NCBI GenBank assembly: GCA_965214605.1
Contig: OZ243961.1
Coordinates: 2,208,001 to 2,272,000, forward strand
Direction of reading: 5' to 3'
Length of the DNA: 64,000 nt
From: an uncultured Candidatus Binatia bacterium
Lineage (GTDB): Bacteria; Desulfobacterota; Binatia; Bin18
Made by a program: the position numbers and the translations under genes. Under the pieces are notes generated by a model, which saw only the letters and a program-made list of their open reading frames with translations, did no database searches and was not told the origin of the DNA. This document shows positions 52,071 through 61,916 of this stretch, one piece after another. Position 1 is the first letter of the stretch. Each line of letters opens with the position of its first letter.

Positions 52071-53369
52071 TTACGCTGCCCGTTTGAACTCGATATGGAG
52101 TTCCTTGAGCGCTCGTAGGGCGAAGTTGGGAGCGACAGTGAAGTCGTTCTTGCCCGGTGCAAACCACATCTCGTCAACGCGGTCTAGCAGCGCCTTGAAG
52201 GCCCAGTATAGCTCCCGTCGGGCAAGCGGTGCCCCTAGGCAGTGATGGACACCGGATCCAAACGCCAAATGCCGACCGGACTTATCGCGCTCCAGATCCA
52301 GCTTCGCAGGGCACTCGAACTCCCGCTCGTCGCGGTTACCAGCGGCGTATCGGAGGTTGAGCATGGCCCCCTTGGGGATGGGGACACCGCGCAATTCGGT
52401 GTCTTTGGCGGCAGTGCGGAACAAGCCCTGCACGGGGCTCTCCAGGCGCAGCACCTCCTCGACGAAGGTGCGTAAGTACGTGTCCGGCTCCGCCTTAAGC
52501 ATCCGCCAGGCTTGCGGGTTCTCAATGAGCAGCTTCACGCCAAAACCGATGGCATTGGTGGAAGTCTCAGAGCCGCCGACAAAGGTATCCGCCATCATTT
52601 CGGCGTGCAGTTCGTTGTCGGTCAGCGGCCGCCCCCACTCGGGGACGGGGCGGTTGACCAGCTCGGACAACAGCGTATCGTCCGGCTCCCTGCGCAACCG
52701 CTCGAAGATGGGCTGAAAGTAGTGTTGCGCCTCTATTTCCATCTCTACCGACCATTTTTCTTCTTGCTCGGTCTGCATCATGCCGAGGCGTTGCACCCAG
52801 GCGTCCGTCCAGGCTTTGATTTTCCAGATGTCGGCTTCGGGCACACCCATTTGGCGGCCGATGACGATCAGGGGCAACGGCACGGCTAGCTGCTTTACCC
52901 AGTCGCAGTAGCCATCGTCGATGAACGCGTCGAGCAGCTTGTAGGCGGTTGCCTGAACAAAAGGGTCCATTTCGTTGATCTTCCTGGGGCGGAACGCTTC
53001 GTTGAAGATGGCCCGCATCTGCCTGTGGTTCGGGTCGTCACGGCCGGCTAGTGTCTGCGCAGGGACCCAGCCGTTTTCCTCGTACAGCTTCAGCATTCGC
53101 TCGGCGCGCTGCGGGTCGATGCGATTACGCCCACCCCCCTGGCCACCGCGCATGCTATTAACGAAGCGTTCGGGGTCAAGCAAGATGTCGTGCAAATCCT
53201 CGAAACGGGTGATGATATAGAACCCGGTCAGCGGGTCTTTCCACACCGGCATTTCGTCACGCAGCTTTTCGTAGGCGTGATACGGGCAGTTCTGCAAGTC
53301 CACATCCAGTAGGTTGATATCGTCGAGGGATTCCGGCACGACCGGCCGGTAGGGCGTTTTTGCGGTCAT
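52071..53369 (-). CDS. cytochrome P450
   Basis: GGSETS (I helix), EEVLR (ExxR), HLAFGSGVHHCLG (heme Cys). Confidence 0.95.
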   Translation of the reverse strand: MTAKTPYRPVVPESLDDINLLDVDLQNCPYHAYEKLRDEMPVWKDPLTGFYIITRFEDLHDILLDPERFVNSMRGGQGGGRNRIDPQRAERMLKLYEENGWVPAQTLAGRDDPNHRQMRAIFNEAFRPRKINEMDPFVQATAYKLLDAFIDDGYCDWVKQLAVPLPLIVIGRQMGVPEADIWKIKAWTDAWVQRLGMMQTEQEEKWSVEMEIEAQHYFQPIFERLRREPDDTLLSELVNRPVPEWGRPLTDNELHAEMMADTFVGGSETSTNAIGFGVKLLIENPQAWRMLKAEPDTYLRTFVEEVLRLESPVQGLFRTAAKDTELRGVPIPKGAMLNLRYAAGNRDEREFECPAKLDLERDKSGRHLAFGSGVHHCLGAPLARRELYWAFKALLDRVDEMWFAPGKNDFTVAPNFALRALKELHIEFKRAA

Positions 53370-53379
53370 TCAGGTCTCC

Positions 53380-53976
53380 TCACTTTCTCTTGCCGCCGAC
53401 TCTGCCGCTGAACGGCCCAGCAACCTTCAGGCTGTCGTTGACGAGTTGCAGTGGCAGGGCCGGCAGCGGCTTGGGCGCGGGGCCGCCGTGAATCCGCGCC
53501 CGGTCTTTGGGATCAAAGGCTGAGGAATGACACGGACACACAAAATGCTGTCGCTCGGCGTCCCACTCAGAGATGTTGCATCCAGTGTGGGTACACACCC
53601 CGGAGTAGGCCACAATGCCGTCGACCGCGACCTGTTGAGTTTTTGCGCTCAGTTCTTCTTGGGCAAAACGGATCAAAAGAATCTGGTTCAGACGCGATCG
53701 GTCGCGGATGACTCGGGTTTGCGGGTCTCTAGGATAGGCCAGGACCGGGGGGCCGCCGAACGGGATATCAGCCTGGGTGATGAGGCGTCCGGCATTTTCC
53801 CAGAACGGGTAGACCAGCTCATCCCCGGCTTGAGGACGGAGTTTTCTGGGGTCGTCCTCTCTGACGTCGGCAGCCTCGGCAGCAAGCGACAGGCTCACCC
53901 CAGCCGCCCCCAGCAGCGACTTGAGCACCCTTCGCCGGCTCAGACCTCGGACACGCAGACAGTCGCCACAGTTCAT
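53380..53976 (-). CDS. Tat-exported Rieske 2Fe-2S protein
   Basis: SRRRVLK Tat motif, CTHTGC, CPCHSS, GPAPKPL. Confidence 0.92.
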   Translation of the reverse strand: MNCGDCLRVRGLSRRRVLKSLLGAAGVSLSLAAEAADVREDDPRKLRPQAGDELVYPFWENAGRLITQADIPFGGPPVLAYPRDPQTRVIRDRSRLNQILLIRFAQEELSAKTQQVAVDGIVAYSGVCTHTGCNISEWDAERQHFVCPCHSSAFDPKDRARIHGGPAPKPLPALPLQLVNDSLKVAGPFSGRVGGKRK

Positions 53977-54529
53977 CGTCGGAGACTCCTTTGCATGTGA
54001 ATTTTTCTACTTGTGGGATGGATTGGAGTCAACTGAGGCAGGGAGCGGCGGAGACGGATAATCTGTTGTCTTCGTAGAGGAGTGTGGTTCTTGTGTTTCG
54101 ACCTCATCCGCTATGCTGTGTAGCATTTTGGTATGCCGTACGCTGGATCTTAGTTTTCACACAAGCCAGCCTGAAAGCTTGGGCAAAGCGGAATATCGGC
54201 GCCGAAGATGTCGCGGAGGCCGTGTTGAGTCGATACGGCATGGCCCGGGTTGGTAGGGGCGGCAGAAGCCGCGTTGGGTCGTGATTGCTCCTTAATATGG
54301 CTGGCAGTAGGCTGCTCACCTGCGTGTTCCGCGCAGCCCCCCCCCCCGCGATCTTTCCGCGCAAGGCGTATGCATCCCGACAGGAAGCGGAGTCCCGGAA
54401 AAGCTCGGATCTTTTCGGCAGTCGATACGCTTAACGGTAAGCGCGCGTTTGGCGGACAGAGACGAAATACACGCGGCGGCCGGAGCCGGCAACACGGGAG
54501 GGGAGGTCGGAGAGAGGGCAAGAACAAAA

Positions 54530-54690
54530 CATCGCTTCCCCATTTCGAGAATGACCGGAAAGAGCATGAGTTTTGAGAGCGTCGCAGCGTGGAAGAGTTC
54601 GCTGAGGAATATAGGGCTCCAGATATCGTCCTCCAGCCGGCGCGACCAGATCGCCCTGTGATTGTCAGAAGAAAACCTAGAGACCCTGTG
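54530..54690 (+). pseudogene. possible CopG/BrnA-type antitoxin remnant
   Basis: LPHFENDRKEHEF* resembles the xPxFxxxxEExEFW start of such antitoxins; heavily decayed. Confidence 0.25.
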
Positions 54691-55013
54691 ACCTATTGCC
54701 AGGGACAGAGTCATTGATTATACCACCCCGGCCTCAGAGGATCGTCGAAGGGACAGCAGGATCAATTGAGGTGGGCATCTCAACGCGAGGCAAACCGTGT
54801 GAGGAGAGGTTGACATATGGTAGCCTGATCGGAGGAAGTGAGGAGGTCGGATCTTTTTTTACCGAGCTGACTCGTCTTCGGGCCAGCGCCTGTCTTCGCA
54901 ATCGGTCTCATACTCGCATACATCCATCTTGTCCGCGAAGTCTGTTACGGCGCTCAGATCTCCGAACCCGCTCTCAGGCAGGTTGAGAGCGGGAGATAAC
55001 CAAGGGGGTCATG

Positions 55014-55043
55014 TTGACAGCAAAAAGCGCCCTGAGATAGAAA
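55014..55043 (+). promoter_or_regulatory. sigma70-like promoter of the tRNA
   Basis: TTGACA-N18-TAGAAA about 27 nt upstream of the tRNA. Confidence 0.5.
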
Positions 55044-55069
55044 AGCAGCCGACCGTAAGCTTCCACCGC

Positions 55070-55153
55070 GCCGGGATGGCGGAATTGGCAGACGCAGTGG
55101 ACTCAAAATCCACCGCTGGCGACAGCGTGCGAGTTCGAGTCTCGCTCCCGGCA
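55070..55153 (+). tRNA. tRNA-Leu (CAA)
   Basis: GCCGGGA/TCCCGGC acceptor stem, GTGGA-CTCAAAA-TCCAC anticodon arm, long variable arm, GTTCGAG T loop; CCA not encoded. Confidence 0.97.
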
Positions 55154-55331
55154 TTCATCCTTCATCAAGGACTTCTCTGCAGCTTGGCCATGTCTTATTC
55201 CATCAAAATTGTCCGTGTTCTGCCCGTATTGAAACCATGCCGAGCCGGGAAAGGCGACCGGAGGCGCGGCCGTGTGTCTGGGACCGGGGCGCAGACGGTC
55301 AGGGGAGCAGCGGCCAAACTGAGGAGACTCC

Positions 55332-55829
55332 ATGAGCACGCAATATCAACTCCACCGGGGACCGACCAGAGACTTTGCAATGCAAGAGGACGATCTTCGA
55401 GGTCCGGAGATCATCGCGTTGCTGGAACAACATCTTGCTCTCATGTTTTCGATCACGCCACCCGAGAGCGTTCACGCGCTTGACCTAGATGGCTTGAGGA
55501 GGCCAGACGTGACCGTATGGTCGGCGTGGTCTCGCGGTAGGCTGCTCGGCTGCGGTGCGCTTAAGGAGCTAGCTCCGGCGCACGGTGAGATCAAGTCGAT
55601 GCATACAGCTGCAGCATTTCGCGGCCAAGGTGTGGGCGCGACGATCCTGGTGCACATCCTTAATGAAGCGCGGAGGCGCGGCTATTGTCGCGTCAGTCTG
55701 GAAACGGGATCAATGCCAGCCTTCACCGCTGCCCGCTCGTTGTACCGACGCTATGGATTCTCTCCTTGTCCACCGTTCGGCGACTACTCAGACGATCCGA
55801 ACAGCGTCTTCATGACACGTGTGCTCTAG
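55332..55829 (+). CDS. GNAT family N-acetyltransferase
   Basis: PPESVHALDLDGL, GEIKSMHT..RGQGVG, SLETGS..LYRRYGF. Confidence 0.9.
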   Translation: MSTQYQLHRGPTRDFAMQEDDLRGPEIIALLEQHLALMFSITPPESVHALDLDGLRRPDVTVWSAWSRGRLLGCGALKELAPAHGEIKSMHTAAAFRGQGVGATILVHILNEARRRGYCRVSLETGSMPAFTAARSLYRRYGFSPCPPFGDYSDDPNSVFMTRVL

Positions 55830-55979
55830 CGAGCGAAATGTCGACAGCACTGCGCCCCTATGACATCTATTGTCGGGCTTCCTGTCTGTATCGCTTTGGG
55901 GCGGTGGTCTGGCAGGGTGCCCCAGCCAACAGCAGAAGATGAACTGTCACGTTTGTAGGTAACGTAATCAGGTATCAAC

Positions 55980-56506
55980 GTGAAATTTGTTTTTCAGACG
56001 ACAGAGCCCGCCACAATCTTCTTGCCAGTGCTCCCCAGGCGGCATTCGACGACTGCGCAACAGCAGTTCTCAAGAATGCCAGGCCGCTCTCACTAGCGCC
56101 AACCAGCCGGCTGGAGCAACGCCATCAGCTTAGTGGTGGCCGGAGCAGTCAGTCCGCCGTCGATCTCGGGCATTTCTACCAGCTGGTTTTTGAACCACAC
56201 TCTAAACCATTCCTGTGTGGGGTGAATGGAGAAGTGGACACGGCCTAGGAATCTCCCTGACCCTCACTGTTGCGCCGGGCAGAAGGCCTTACGAGACTCG
56301 GCATCTCGCAGGCTGAGGTCAGCCGGCGGGGTGACCGTTTCGCAAAGCTCATAAGCGAGCTCATCGCCGGGAAGGCGCTGCTTGAACTGGAGAGCGCTCC
56401 ACAATTCGAGAAAGTCTTCGATGGCGACGCAAGCATCTTGCTCGGCATCAAAACAGATTATCAGCTTCAGCGGCGACCTCGATTTCGGCCTGTACAAGGA
56501 TTATGA
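55980..56506 (+). pseudogene. degenerate higB-higA-like pair
   Basis: RHQLSGGRSSQSAVDLGHFYQLVFEP (HigB-like) then GISQAEVSRR..AKLISELIAGKA..QFEKV (HigA-like). Confidence 0.55.
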
Positions 56507-56729
56507 ACCTGAAGGCGAAGCAGAGTGCACTTCCTCAACAAGGACACGTAGCCTCCCCGAATCTTCCCCTAAATTCCGCTCATTTCCCTTGATTTCCATC
56601 TATTAGGTGGGCAGTGCCGACTTTCGGCGGAAATCTCGACCCTTGGAACACGGACAATCTCGCGGACAGTCTCGCCTCGTCAAGGAAGGAGGAGTAAAGC
56701 GAGGCGGGCGATGAGGAGCATAAATAGAA

Positions 56730-56760
56730 CTGCCCCCATTTGTTGGCCAAATGGGGGCAG
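56730..56760. repeat. perfect 13-bp inverted repeat
   Basis: CTGCCCCCATTTG-TTGGC-CAAATGGGGGCAG. Confidence 0.7.
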
Positions 56761-57156
56761 CAAATCTGTCACTCCAAAAGCAGTATTCCCCAACCAGCTG
56801 CAACTGGGAGAGGCAATCGCCTCAAAGGGGAGATACTCCCTAGCCATGGAGCAACTCCAGTGCAGCCATCACGCTACCGCACACCGGCTGCTGACCGCTC
56901 TGCACGGCGGCCAGACGCCCGAAGACGGCGTCCCGGCGTGGTCCGAACTCCTGCACGATAGCTGGTGGTATGACAACCGTGAGGACCTGTCTGTATGCCC
57001 ACGTGCAGGCGCTTTCCGATGAGGACCTGAAGACGCTGCACCTGCTCCTGCCGGTCCTAGCCTTCGGTCAACAGACCGGCGAACGCCTGGACACCGAAGC
57101 CAGCCTGTTCAGCACTGTCGCGCAAGACCTGAGTATTCAGAACCCAGGAGGCACCC

Positions 57157-58079
57157 ATGATGCCACGCTACACGTCCCAACACTGGGGCAAGCCGGATGC
57201 CTACCGCATCCCGGACGACGACCGTTTCCGTATTATCAACTTCTCCGGCGGCCGCAGCAGCGCGTTCATGCTGCGCCGCATCCTTGATGCCCACCACGGC
57301 GCCCCGCCGCCGCGTACCCGCGTCGTATTCACCAACACCGGCAGGGAGCACCGCGAGGAAACCCTGATCTTCGTCAGCCAGGTAGAACGGCGTTGGCGCG
57401 TCCCGATCGTCTGGCTCGAATACGTCCATGACGCCCAGGCCCAGGGCGGTGCCAGGGACCCCAAGCGCACCTACCGCGTCGTCTGCTACGAAACCGCCAG
57501 CCGCCACGGAGAGCCGTTCGCCGCTCTCAACCAGGCGCGCGGCATGCTGCCCACCGCCAGCACGCGAGCCTGCACCGCCGAACTCAAGGTTTCCACCGCC
57601 GACCGCTTCGCCCGCCGCAGCCTCGGATGGCCAAAGAAGCAGACCCGCAACGTGCTCGGCATCCGCTACGACGAACCCTGCCGCTGGCAGGAGGCCCTCT
57701 TGACCCAATGCCGCACGGAAACCCGATGGTCCATGCCCGTGTCTCGAAGGCCGACGTGCAGGACTACTGGCAGCGCCAGGACTTCGACCTCGGCATTCCT
57801 TCCGACCTCGGAAACTGCGACCTCTGTTTCATGAAAGGACACCGCAAGATCATCAACACGCTGCGCTGCGAACCCCATCTTGCCGACTGGTGGATTCACC
57901 AGGAGACCACCGCTTGCAGCCGAAACAGCGGCAAACTGCGCAACCCCTCCGTGGCCCGCTTCTCGAAACGCTGGACGTACCGAGAACTCAGAGACATGGC
58001 CTTGACCAGGCCGATGCTTCCCGGCCTTGACCTCACCGAGACCGAAGTCCAACCCCAACCCTGTCTCTGCACCGACTGA
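57157..58079 (+). pseudogene. phage-type PAPS-reductase/PP-loop family protein, one frameshift near 57720
   Basis: NFSGGRSSAFM, FTNTGREH..ETL, RACTAELK, LGIRYDE; second frame VSKADVQDYW..LGNCDLCFMKG. Confidence 0.8.
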
Positions 58080-58268
58080 ATCACAGGAGACACCATATCC
58101 GGGGCGGTGACCTGCTCGATACCTGCACCGTTACCACCGACGCCGAAATCAGCTTGGCCGAGCTCATCCGCCGTTCCGAATCAATCCAAAGCCGGCAGAA
58201 AATCTTGATCCATCCGAGACAATGATCTACGGTGAAGAACGATTACTACTGATTACAGGAGAAAAACC

Positions 58269-58553
58269 ATGGCCAGCAACACTGGACGTATGAGCCTGTC
58301 CGTTCCAGCGGACAAACAGGCCAAGCTTGATGCCATCGCCGCCAACACCGACCGTTCGCGAAGCTACATTGTCAATGAAGCCATCGACCACTATCTCGCC
58401 CTGTACGAATGGCAGACAAGGCGAATCGAGGAAAGGCTGGAGAGAGCGCAAAGCGGCGATGCCAGCTGGATTGCGCACGATGCGGTCTTTGACAGGCTGG
58501 AAGCAAAGATCAGAGACCGGATTGAACGTGGTCCGTCATTGCGCCAGGGTTGA
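58269..58553 (+). CDS. ribbon-helix-helix (CopG-like) antitoxin
   Basis: MSLSVPADKQAKLDAIAANTDRSRSYIVNEAIDHYL..WQ; AGGAG RBS. Confidence 0.8.
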   Translation: MASNTGRMSLSVPADKQAKLDAIAANTDRSRSYIVNEAIDHYLALYEWQTRRIEERLERAQSGDASWIAHDAVFDRLEAKIRDRIERGPSLRQG

Positions 58554-58720
58554 TCTATACGATCAGGGAGGCAACACGGGTTTTGAGCGAACACCCCAAC
58601 ATCGGCCGCACTGGCCGTGTGGAAGGGACACGGGAGCTTGTCATCTCGGGACTTCCCTATCTCCTATCAGATTGCGGGTCAGGAGATCAGGATTCTGGCC
58701 GTCATGCATACATCGAGAAA
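58550..58720 (+). pseudogene. ParE/RelE toxin remnant
   Basis: LSEHPNIGRTGRVEGTRELVISGLPY; N-terminus missing, tail frameshifted. Confidence 0.75.
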
Positions 58721-58935
58721 ATGGCCGGATACTTTTCGGTAAAATCGTCCTCACCCCCTGCCGCGCTTGGGCCAATTCGTAGCTCGCCTGTGAACCCGGC
58801 TCTATCTCAAGGTGGTGCGTCATGCTTTTGATGAACTCCAACTCCTCAAGGCTGTGTAACATGACTTCATAACCGAAACGGTGCGAATTGCCGAACCTGT
58901 TATCAAAGGCCCATGAAAGCTTTGGCGGTTCGCAC

Positions 58936-59568
58936 TCATCTTGAGGCGAGGTCTTGAACGAATTTACGGAGAGCAGCGAACGCCGGGGAGCGAAAATTCC
59001 ACACGCCCTGCAGAGAACCTTCGCCAACTCTGGCTACAGGATCACTCGTTGCGGCAAGGTAGGCGTGAGTGAAAGTCTTGTCTAGAACATTTGACTTCAA
59101 GGCATTGTGGGCTGTCAGACAGCCTATGTACTCATCGACACACCCTGCAGCCTTCTCATTCTGCACGGAACGCCGACAGATGGTCTCAATGGCACCAGGT
59201 TCATTTCCATCGGGTACGATGAATATGCCAATCGACGGTCTGGTGTCCGAAAACTCGGCGTGAGCCGACGGCGGTGTATACCCAGCATGCTCAACGCTGT
59301 CGCAGACGCTCTTAAAGCTATCCGCGGCACTCGTGTCCGCATCCCGCACAATGCCAATTGACAACAGAGGAGGCCGGGAAAGAGCAGCTGTGTATACCGT
59401 CTTCAGATTTTTTCCGAGAGTGGTCTTGCCTCCAATATCCATCACCTGTATCCCTATGTTGGTGAAGCAAGTCTTGATCAATTTTCCAAACAGATGTGAC
59501 TCATCTCGGCCTTCGACCAGCAGGAGCCGTCTCTCCGAAATTTGTATCCTTGAGTCCCTCGTGGGCAT
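58936..59568 (-). CDS. DUF3226-like TOPRIM-type nuclease
   Basis: LLLVEGRDE, GGKT, IGIVRDAD, PDGNEPGAIET; coupled to the ATPase stop codon. Confidence 0.8.
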   Translation of the reverse strand: MPTRDSRIQISERRLLLVEGRDESHLFGKLIKTCFTNIGIQVMDIGGKTTLGKNLKTVYTAALSRPPLLSIGIVRDADTSAADSFKSVCDSVEHAGYTPPSAHAEFSDTRPSIGIFIVPDGNEPGAIETICRRSVQNEKAAGCVDEYIGCLTAHNALKSNVLDKTFTHAYLAATSDPVARVGEGSLQGVWNFRSPAFAALRKFVQDLASR

Positions 59569-60614
59569 TATCGGACCTCCAGATGAAGGTCACGGGCACC
59601 CTCAAGGGTTTCACCCGTATAGGTCACTGCCTTGATACGTCCTGACTCGTCCGTAAAGAGCTTGTGTATAGACAAATCATTGGGCTCGCACTCAAAAGCC
59701 GTCATTGCTGTCTCGATGCACTCGGCGCTGTGCGTCGTCGCCACGAACTGTACATTCCATTCTCGTATCCCGTCGCGCACGAGGCTCCACAGGTCCCGCA
59801 GCACCGAATAATGCATGCCATTCTCTACCTCATCGATAAGCACTATACCGTCACGGGCGGTGAAAAAGTTCAGATACAGCCTGAGCAGCCGGACCATCCC
59901 GCCTCCAAGGGCTTGGAGGGGTAGTTGTTGTACATTCGCGGATGTATTGGCAGACAGGTAGGACATCCCCGTCTCATCGGTCAGGAGTTCAATGTCCTTG
60001 ATTCTTGGAAGAATCAGACTGAGTGCTTTTGTCAACTCCTGCTTGTACCCTTTTCTAACCATGTCGGAGTAGCGCTGCAGGTACTCATTCGAGGGCACGA
60101 GTTGCCAGCTAGTGCCCTCGATAATGCTATATCGCTTCCCCGCTGGCTTCGGAGGAAAACCGTACAGTACCGCGCCCATTGGCGTGTGATGTATTTTACT
60201 CCTGTTATTGATGCTCTTGTCGTCAATCCATATACGAAGCCTGCCAACGACCGGGACTGAAACTTGTACCGTTTCCTTGACATCATCTCTACTGACCAAC
60301 ACCTGTTCGACCTGTTCGATACGTTCAAATTCAGCTTTCCATTTGCATTCCTTTCCGTTTTCTTTTCCTCGGAGTTCAATAAAACCGTCCGATAATTCCG
60401 AAACTGGATCGATCACTGGATGGTCGGATCGTAGGACGTTTGTGTTCCACAACAACCCCGTGTTGTGTCTTCCTGTGAAGAGCCAAATTGCTTCGATAAG
60501 CGCTGTTTTTCCAATACCGTTTACACCCGTAATCAGGTTCGCGCGGCTCAAATTGTTCAATGACAAGCCACTAATACCACGGTAGCGAATGGCCTCGAAA
60601 CTGCTGATGTTCAT
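59568..60614 (-). CDS. ABC-type ATPase (AAA_15/AAA_21 family)
   Basis: GVNGIGKT, LGGGM, VLIDEVENGMH, ATTHS. Confidence 0.9.
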   Translation of the reverse strand: MNISSFEAIRYRGISGLSLNNLSRANLITGVNGIGKTALIEAIWLFTGRHNTGLLWNTNVLRSDHPVIDPVSELSDGFIELRGKENGKECKWKAEFERIEQVEQVLVSRDDVKETVQVSVPVVGRLRIWIDDKSINNRSKIHHTPMGAVLYGFPPKPAGKRYSIIEGTSWQLVPSNEYLQRYSDMVRKGYKQELTKALSLILPRIKDIELLTDETGMSYLSANTSANVQQLPLQALGGGMVRLLRLYLNFFTARDGIVLIDEVENGMHYSVLRDLWSLVRDGIREWNVQFVATTHSAECIETAMTAFECEPNDLSIHKLFTDESGRIKAVTYTGETLEGARDLHLEVR

Positions 60615-60623
60615 ATCGGCACC

Positions 60624-60858
60624 TCACCTTCCCGCACCGTTGGCGCTCAACCCATCCTTACCAAGACGTTGCAATTGAACCAAGCGCCGTATGTTGTCGG
60701 CGAGATTCTCAAGACCTATCCGTGTCGTCGCCCGTACAAGCCCGATACTGCGAACCAAGAGCCTGCCCTCGGACTTGATCCAGGGTCCCGCCCGTGTCGC
60801 CTCTCTGCGCTGCGAAGCCATGCTCTACACGAGCCCGAAACTGGAATGACTCTTGGCT
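60624..60858 (-). mobile_element. IS5-family transposase C-terminal remnant
   Basis: RARVEHGF..LVRSIGLVRATTRIGLENLADNIRRL. Confidence 0.7.
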
Positions 60859-60940
60859 GTCGGGTAAGGGGATGTCATCGCTGACGACCCCTCCCCTAAG
60901 AACCGTGCATGAAAGTTTCCCTTCGCACGGCTCAAGCAAA
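60859..60940 (-). ncRNA. group II intron domains V-VI (3' end)
   Basis: Minus strand GAGCCGTGCGAAGGGAAACTTTCATGCACGGTTC (domain V, 60900-60933), then a domain VI hairpin ending TTACCCGAC. Confidence 0.9.
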
Positions 60941-61054
60941 TCAGTCGTAGAGGCGTTGCCTCAGATGCCGCACCCGCTTCCTGTTGTGAGGCCGGCGTTC
61001 TGGCTCCATTTGCAGCCGTTTCCTGCCACATCCAACATCCACCGAAGCCTGTCC

Positions 61055-61325
61055 TGAACTTGATTCAGGGTCAAAACCGTCAATCTGGCCCAACTCGTCA
61101 CCACCTTCCCAGGTCCCGCCAACATCGACTCGCACGACCTGCGCCGGCAACGCTTCTTCCAACACGTACACCTGCAACCCGCTCGCCTGGCTCAATTCGT
61201 GCTCTCTTTTCTACCCGACACCCCATACACCCTAGCTCTCGACCGAACCCAGTGGATGCTCGGCAGGGTGCCCATCAACTTGCTCGTCCTGTCGGTCGTC
61301 CACGACGACATCGCTTTTCCTCACC
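61055..61325 (+). mobile_element. IS4-family transposase N-terminal remnant
   Basis: VNLAQLVTTFPG..RRQRFF..YTLALDRTQWMLGRVPINLLVLSV. Confidence 0.7.
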
Positions 61326-61363
61326 CGGCCCTAACCTCGGTCTCTAACCACCCGGGGGCTTCG

Positions 61364-61680
61364 TCAAATGGGCATCTTCCGATAATCACCCGGCTGTAGC
61401 TCGTTGATCGCCTCTCGTATGTCGGCGGTAAGTGACTCGACGCGGGCCATGACGTGGATTGCAAGACTAGGATTGCCAGTCGCCGACCGGATAGATTCTG
61501 TTGATGACGAAGCTGTTGGTCCGTGGTAATGAGGAACTCGTAACCACTCGCTTCGGCTCGATCAAGCAGTTCGCCATTGCGCAGATCGGACCAGCCCAGC
61601 TCGAATGCCGTGTCTGCCGAGTGCCCGGCCAAGCTTCGCCGCAGGGGCACAGGCATTCCCTGATTGAACAGGACTTTCAC
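61364..61680 (-). pseudogene. DUF5615-like PIN toxin, degenerate
   Basis: VKVLFNQGMPVPLRR..GWSDLRNGELL..LITTDQQLRHQQNL; first acidic residue replaced by Asn; frameshift near the end. Confidence 0.7.
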
Positions 61681-61719
61681 GAGGAAGCGGTATCGGCCAG
61701 CGAACTCGTCGCATGGTCG

Positions 61720-61916
61720 AGGCGCCACGGCTTCCGCGCTCGGCCCGAAACTGGTCACGTCCACAAAGCAAACGTCCTCTTTCACCTCGCCCCCCTGGCG
61801 GTACCGGCATTGCTCGCCAGTCCAAAAGAAGCCACGGCCACGCCCTTCGGCGTATAGCGCAACTCAGGATCACGAGTGAGATTGCCAGCCATCACAATGA
61901 CGTTTGTGTCCGACAT
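61720..61916 (-). pseudogene. ssb: single-stranded DNA-binding protein N-terminal remnant
   Basis: [36 protein letters not shown], frameshift, then [20 protein letters not shown]. Confidence 0.85.

Noticed and set aside
54929-55483. 184-aa ORF
   Set aside because: Overlaps tRNA-Leu and the GNAT gene; spurious.
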